From: an uncultured Gemmatimonadaceae bacterium | GTDB lineage: Bacteria; Gemmatimonadota; Gemmatimonadetes; Gemmatimonadales; Gemmatimonadaceae | Assembly: GCA_963817955.1 (NCBI GenBank) | Contig: CAWFQK010000004.1 | Location: forward strand, 224,001-288,000 | Length of the DNA: 64,000 nt | Direction of reading: 5' to 3' | Shown here: piece after piece, positions 61,545-64,000 of the stretch | How the letters are laid out: each line of letters begins with the position of its first letter | Position numbering within the stretch: the stretch's first letter is position 1 | Program-made: the position numbers and the translations under genes | Notes under the pieces: model-generated | The model's input: only the letters and a program-made list of their open reading frames with translations | Told to the model about the DNA's origin: nothing | Database searches by the model: none

Positions 61545-61990
61545 GCCTCGACGTCGATGTCGCATCACCTGGCGTGCGGGCTCCGCTCGGACGGGCGCGC
61601 GTGGCCGACATCGCGCGCGCCGTGCTGAAAGGTGAGCGGGTGCGCCACGCACTGCTCTCGGTGACGCTGGTCGATCGTCGCACGATCACGCGACTCAACA
61701 AGACGCACCTGGATCACCGAGGGGCCACAGATGTCATCTCGTTCGGGCTCCGCCGCGCGACAGACACGAGTCCTGTGATTGGCGACATCTATATCTGTCC
61801 GGACGTGGCACGCGCGAACGCGAACGCCCGCGGCGTGCCTGTTCGCGAGGAGATGGCACGGCTGGTGGTGCACGGGGTCCTGCACGTCCTCGGCTACGAC
61901 CATCCGGAGGACGAGGCGCGCGAGACATCGGAGATGTGGAAGCGGCAGGAGCGTATCCTTCGCCGCGTGCTGGACGCCACGCGACGATGA
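61541..61990 (+). CDS. ybeY: rRNA maturation endoribonuclease YbeY
   Basis: TDVISF, GDIYI and HGVLHVLGYDH motifs. Confidence 0.96.
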   Translation: MSLDVDVASPGVRAPLGRARVADIARAVLKGERVRHALLSVTLVDRRTITRLNKTHLDHRGATDVISFGLRRATDTSPVIGDIYICPDVARANANARGVPVREEMARLVVHGVLHVLGYDHPEDEARETSEMWKRQERILRRVLDATRR

Positions 61991-63234
61991 TCCCCTCGCA
62001 ACCGTGGGCGTGGGTGATCGGAACATCAGCGGCGCTCGTTGCGACGCTGTTCAGTGCCGCGGATAGCGCGTTGCTCGCATTTCACGTTGCGGGGTCGTCA
62101 GCGAATCCCGACGTTGCCCTCGCCGAGCGCGAGCGGCTGCATCGAGCGCTGTCCATGGGCCGCGTGCTCGCGTATCTCGCGGCCGGCGCGGCGCTGGCGC
62201 ACGCGCTGCACCTCGCCTCCATGACGTGGCTCTCGCGCGGAAGCATCATGGTGCTCACCGCGGTCATCGTGTGCATCATCGCCGAAGGGACCGGGCGCGC
62301 ACTCGGTTACGCGAAACCCAACGTTACCTACACGCGGCTCACGCCCATGATGCACGGCGTGCGCCGCGCCTTGATGCCCGCCGTCGCGCTCGGTGCCGCG
62401 ATCGAACGAACGCTGAACGCGATCATTCCGCCAACGGTTGCGGACGAGAGTGAACGAGAGACGTCGACCGAGCAGTTTCGCGAGGTCGTCGCTGCCGAGG
62501 CGGACGTATCCCTGGCCGAGGAACAGTTGATCCACGGCGTCTTCACGCTCGGCGAAACCGAAGTGCAGGAGATCATGGTGCCACGCGTCGACATCGTCGG
62601 CATCGATTCGACGACGCCCTGGTCCGAAGTGCTCGACCGCATTCGAAGCTCGGAGCACGCGCGGTTTCCCGTCTACCGCGACACGCTCGACGAAATCACC
62701 GGCATCCTGTACGCAAAGGACGTCCTGCCATCGATCATTTCCGATGAAGAATTGGAGGACGGTTGGCTGTCGCTCGTGCGGCCGGCGGCCTTCATTCCGA
62801 TCTCCAAGCGCATCGACGAGCAATTGCGCGAGTTCCAGGCGACGCGGACGCACATCGCAATCGTGAGCGACGAGTACGGCGGCACGGCCGGATTGGTCAC
62901 GATCGAGAACATCCTCGAAGAGATCGTCGGCGAGATCCGCGACGAGTACGACGTGGAGGAAGCGGAGATCCAACAGGAAGGATCGTCACGCTACTGGGTC
63001 TCGGGCCGCGTGCCGCTGGATGAGCTGTCCGAACGCCTCGACGTCGACTTCCGAGTCGACGACGTGACGACGGTTGGCGGATTGGTCTACGCATTGTTCG
63101 GTCGCGTGCCGAAGTCCGGTGAAGCGTTGATGCATTCCGGCTTTCGCATCGTCGTCGAGCGCGTACGGGGGCGCCGCATCGAGTGGGTCTACTTCGAGCG
63201 ATTGGAGCCGGCCGCGATCCCGGAGCAGAAATGA
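61987..63234 (+). CDS. CNNM/CorB-type (DUF21-CBS-CorC_HlyC) transporter
   Basis: FSAADSAL TM domain, IMVPRVD, VSDEYGGTAGLVTIENILEEIVGEIRDEYD and TTVGG motifs. Confidence 0.92.
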   Translation: MIPSQPWAWVIGTSAALVATLFSAADSALLAFHVAGSSANPDVALAERERLHRALSMGRVLAYLAAGAALAHALHLASMTWLSRGSIMVLTAVIVCIIAEGTGRALGYAKPNVTYTRLTPMMHGVRRALMPAVALGAAIERTLNAIIPPTVADESERETSTEQFREVVAAEADVSLAEEQLIHGVFTLGETEVQEIMVPRVDIVGIDSTTPWSEVLDRIRSSEHARFPVYRDTLDEITGILYAKDVLPSIISDEELEDGWLSLVRPAAFIPISKRIDEQLREFQATRTHIAIVSDEYGGTAGLVTIENILEEIVGEIRDEYDVEEAEIQQEGSSRYWVSGRVPLDELSERLDVDFRVDDVTTVGGLVYALFGRVPKSGEALMHSGFRIVVERVRGRRIEWVYFERLEPAAIPEQK

Positions 63235-64000
63235 CGCCCCCGCTGCCCCTGATCGTGGCGCTCGCGGTCGTGGTCTGGCTGACCAGCGGCGGCATGGCTG
63301 TTCGGTCGGTGAGTCGCATCTGGCTGCGGCACTGGGCGGAGCGCCAACTGCGCGGTTCGGCCGCGGCGGTCACGTACCTGGAGCGGCCGCATCGACTCAT
63401 GACGGGAGCTGATGTCGGCGTTGCGCTGGCCCTCTTGCTCGCGGGCATGGCAATCGGCGTGTCCGGGCATGGAGCCAGCGTGGTGTGGGAGTCGATTGCA
63501 TTCGCGGGCGTCGTGATTGTCGTGGGCCAGTTGGTCCCGCGGGCGCTCGCCCGTCGATGGCCGGCGGCGGTGGCCCCGCTCACCCTTCCCGTGCTGCGAC
63601 TGACATTCGTCATCACGGCACCGATCGCCGCCGCGGGACGTTCGCTGGCACGCCTGTTCGTGAAGGATCGCTCCGAGCGGCTGCCCGTGGGTGAACGCGA
63701 TGCCATCCAGGATCTGTTGCGGGAGGGCGAGTTGGAAGGCGTCGGAGAGCACGAAGAGATTGCGATCATCAGCGGCGTGGTGGAGTTCAGCGAGAAGGTG
63801 GTCCGCGAGGTCATGACGCCACGATCGGACATGTTCGCGCTGCCCGATGGTCTCGATCCACATACGCTCGCCGTTCAGATTGCCCAGTCGCGCTATAGCC
63901 GCGTGCCGATCTATCATGAAACGCTCGACCACGTTGTCGGCATGGTGCACGTGTTCGACGTCATCAAGTCGCGCGATGATTCACCGCCGTCATTGCGCCC
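63231..64000 (+). CDS. Second CNNM/CBS-domain membrane protein, 3'-truncated by window edge
   Basis: ATG overlaps the previous stop. Hydrophobic N-terminus, GQLVPR, VREVMTPRSD and YSRVPIY motifs. Confidence 0.85.
   Translation, partial: MTPPLPLIVALAVVVWLTSGGMAVRSVSRIWLRHWAERQLRGSAAAVTYLERPHRLMTGADVGVALALLLAGMAIGVSGHGASVVWESIAFAGVVIVVGQLVPRALARRWPAAVAPLTLPVLRLTFVITAPIAAAGRSLARLFVKDRSERLPVGERDAIQDLLREGELEGVGEHEEIAIISGVVEFSEKVVREVMTPRSDMFALPDGLDPHTLAVQIAQSRYSRVPIYHETLDHVVGMVHVFDVIKSRDDSPPSLR

Overview
High-GC, gene-dense bacterial chromosome segment. The gene content and order suggest a Gemmatimonadota-like organism (inference only). Most of the window is housekeeping: pnp, M16 peptidase, ald, mreBCD-mrdA-rodA, accD-folC, hisS-proS-lysA-guaA, dusB-larB-diguanylate cyclase, tmRNA, a glycosyltransferase/deacetylase/flippase trio, ppdK, a pur operon with embedded psd-pssA (purL heavily frameshifted), htrA-like protease, truA, a trp cluster interrupted by lexA and by a HEAT-repeat/HD-GYP pair, folB-folK, rlmN, and aspS-phoH-7TM-HD-ybeY-CNNM genes. 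The one clear accessory region (about 18.6-22.3 kb, after guaA) holds an IS481-family element flanked by heptamer microrepeats and the most unusual locus in the window: an orphan, probably all-helical gene preceded by 42 gap-free 21-nt degenerate repeats with an invariant nucleotide, which points to constraint at DNA/RNA level rather than protein level. Other notable items are a candidate direct-repeat LexA operator (CCGAA-N6-CCGAA, twice) over the lexA promoter and a shared N-terminal domain in the HEAT/HD-GYP pair. All calls come from reading the sequence by eye; no searches were run.
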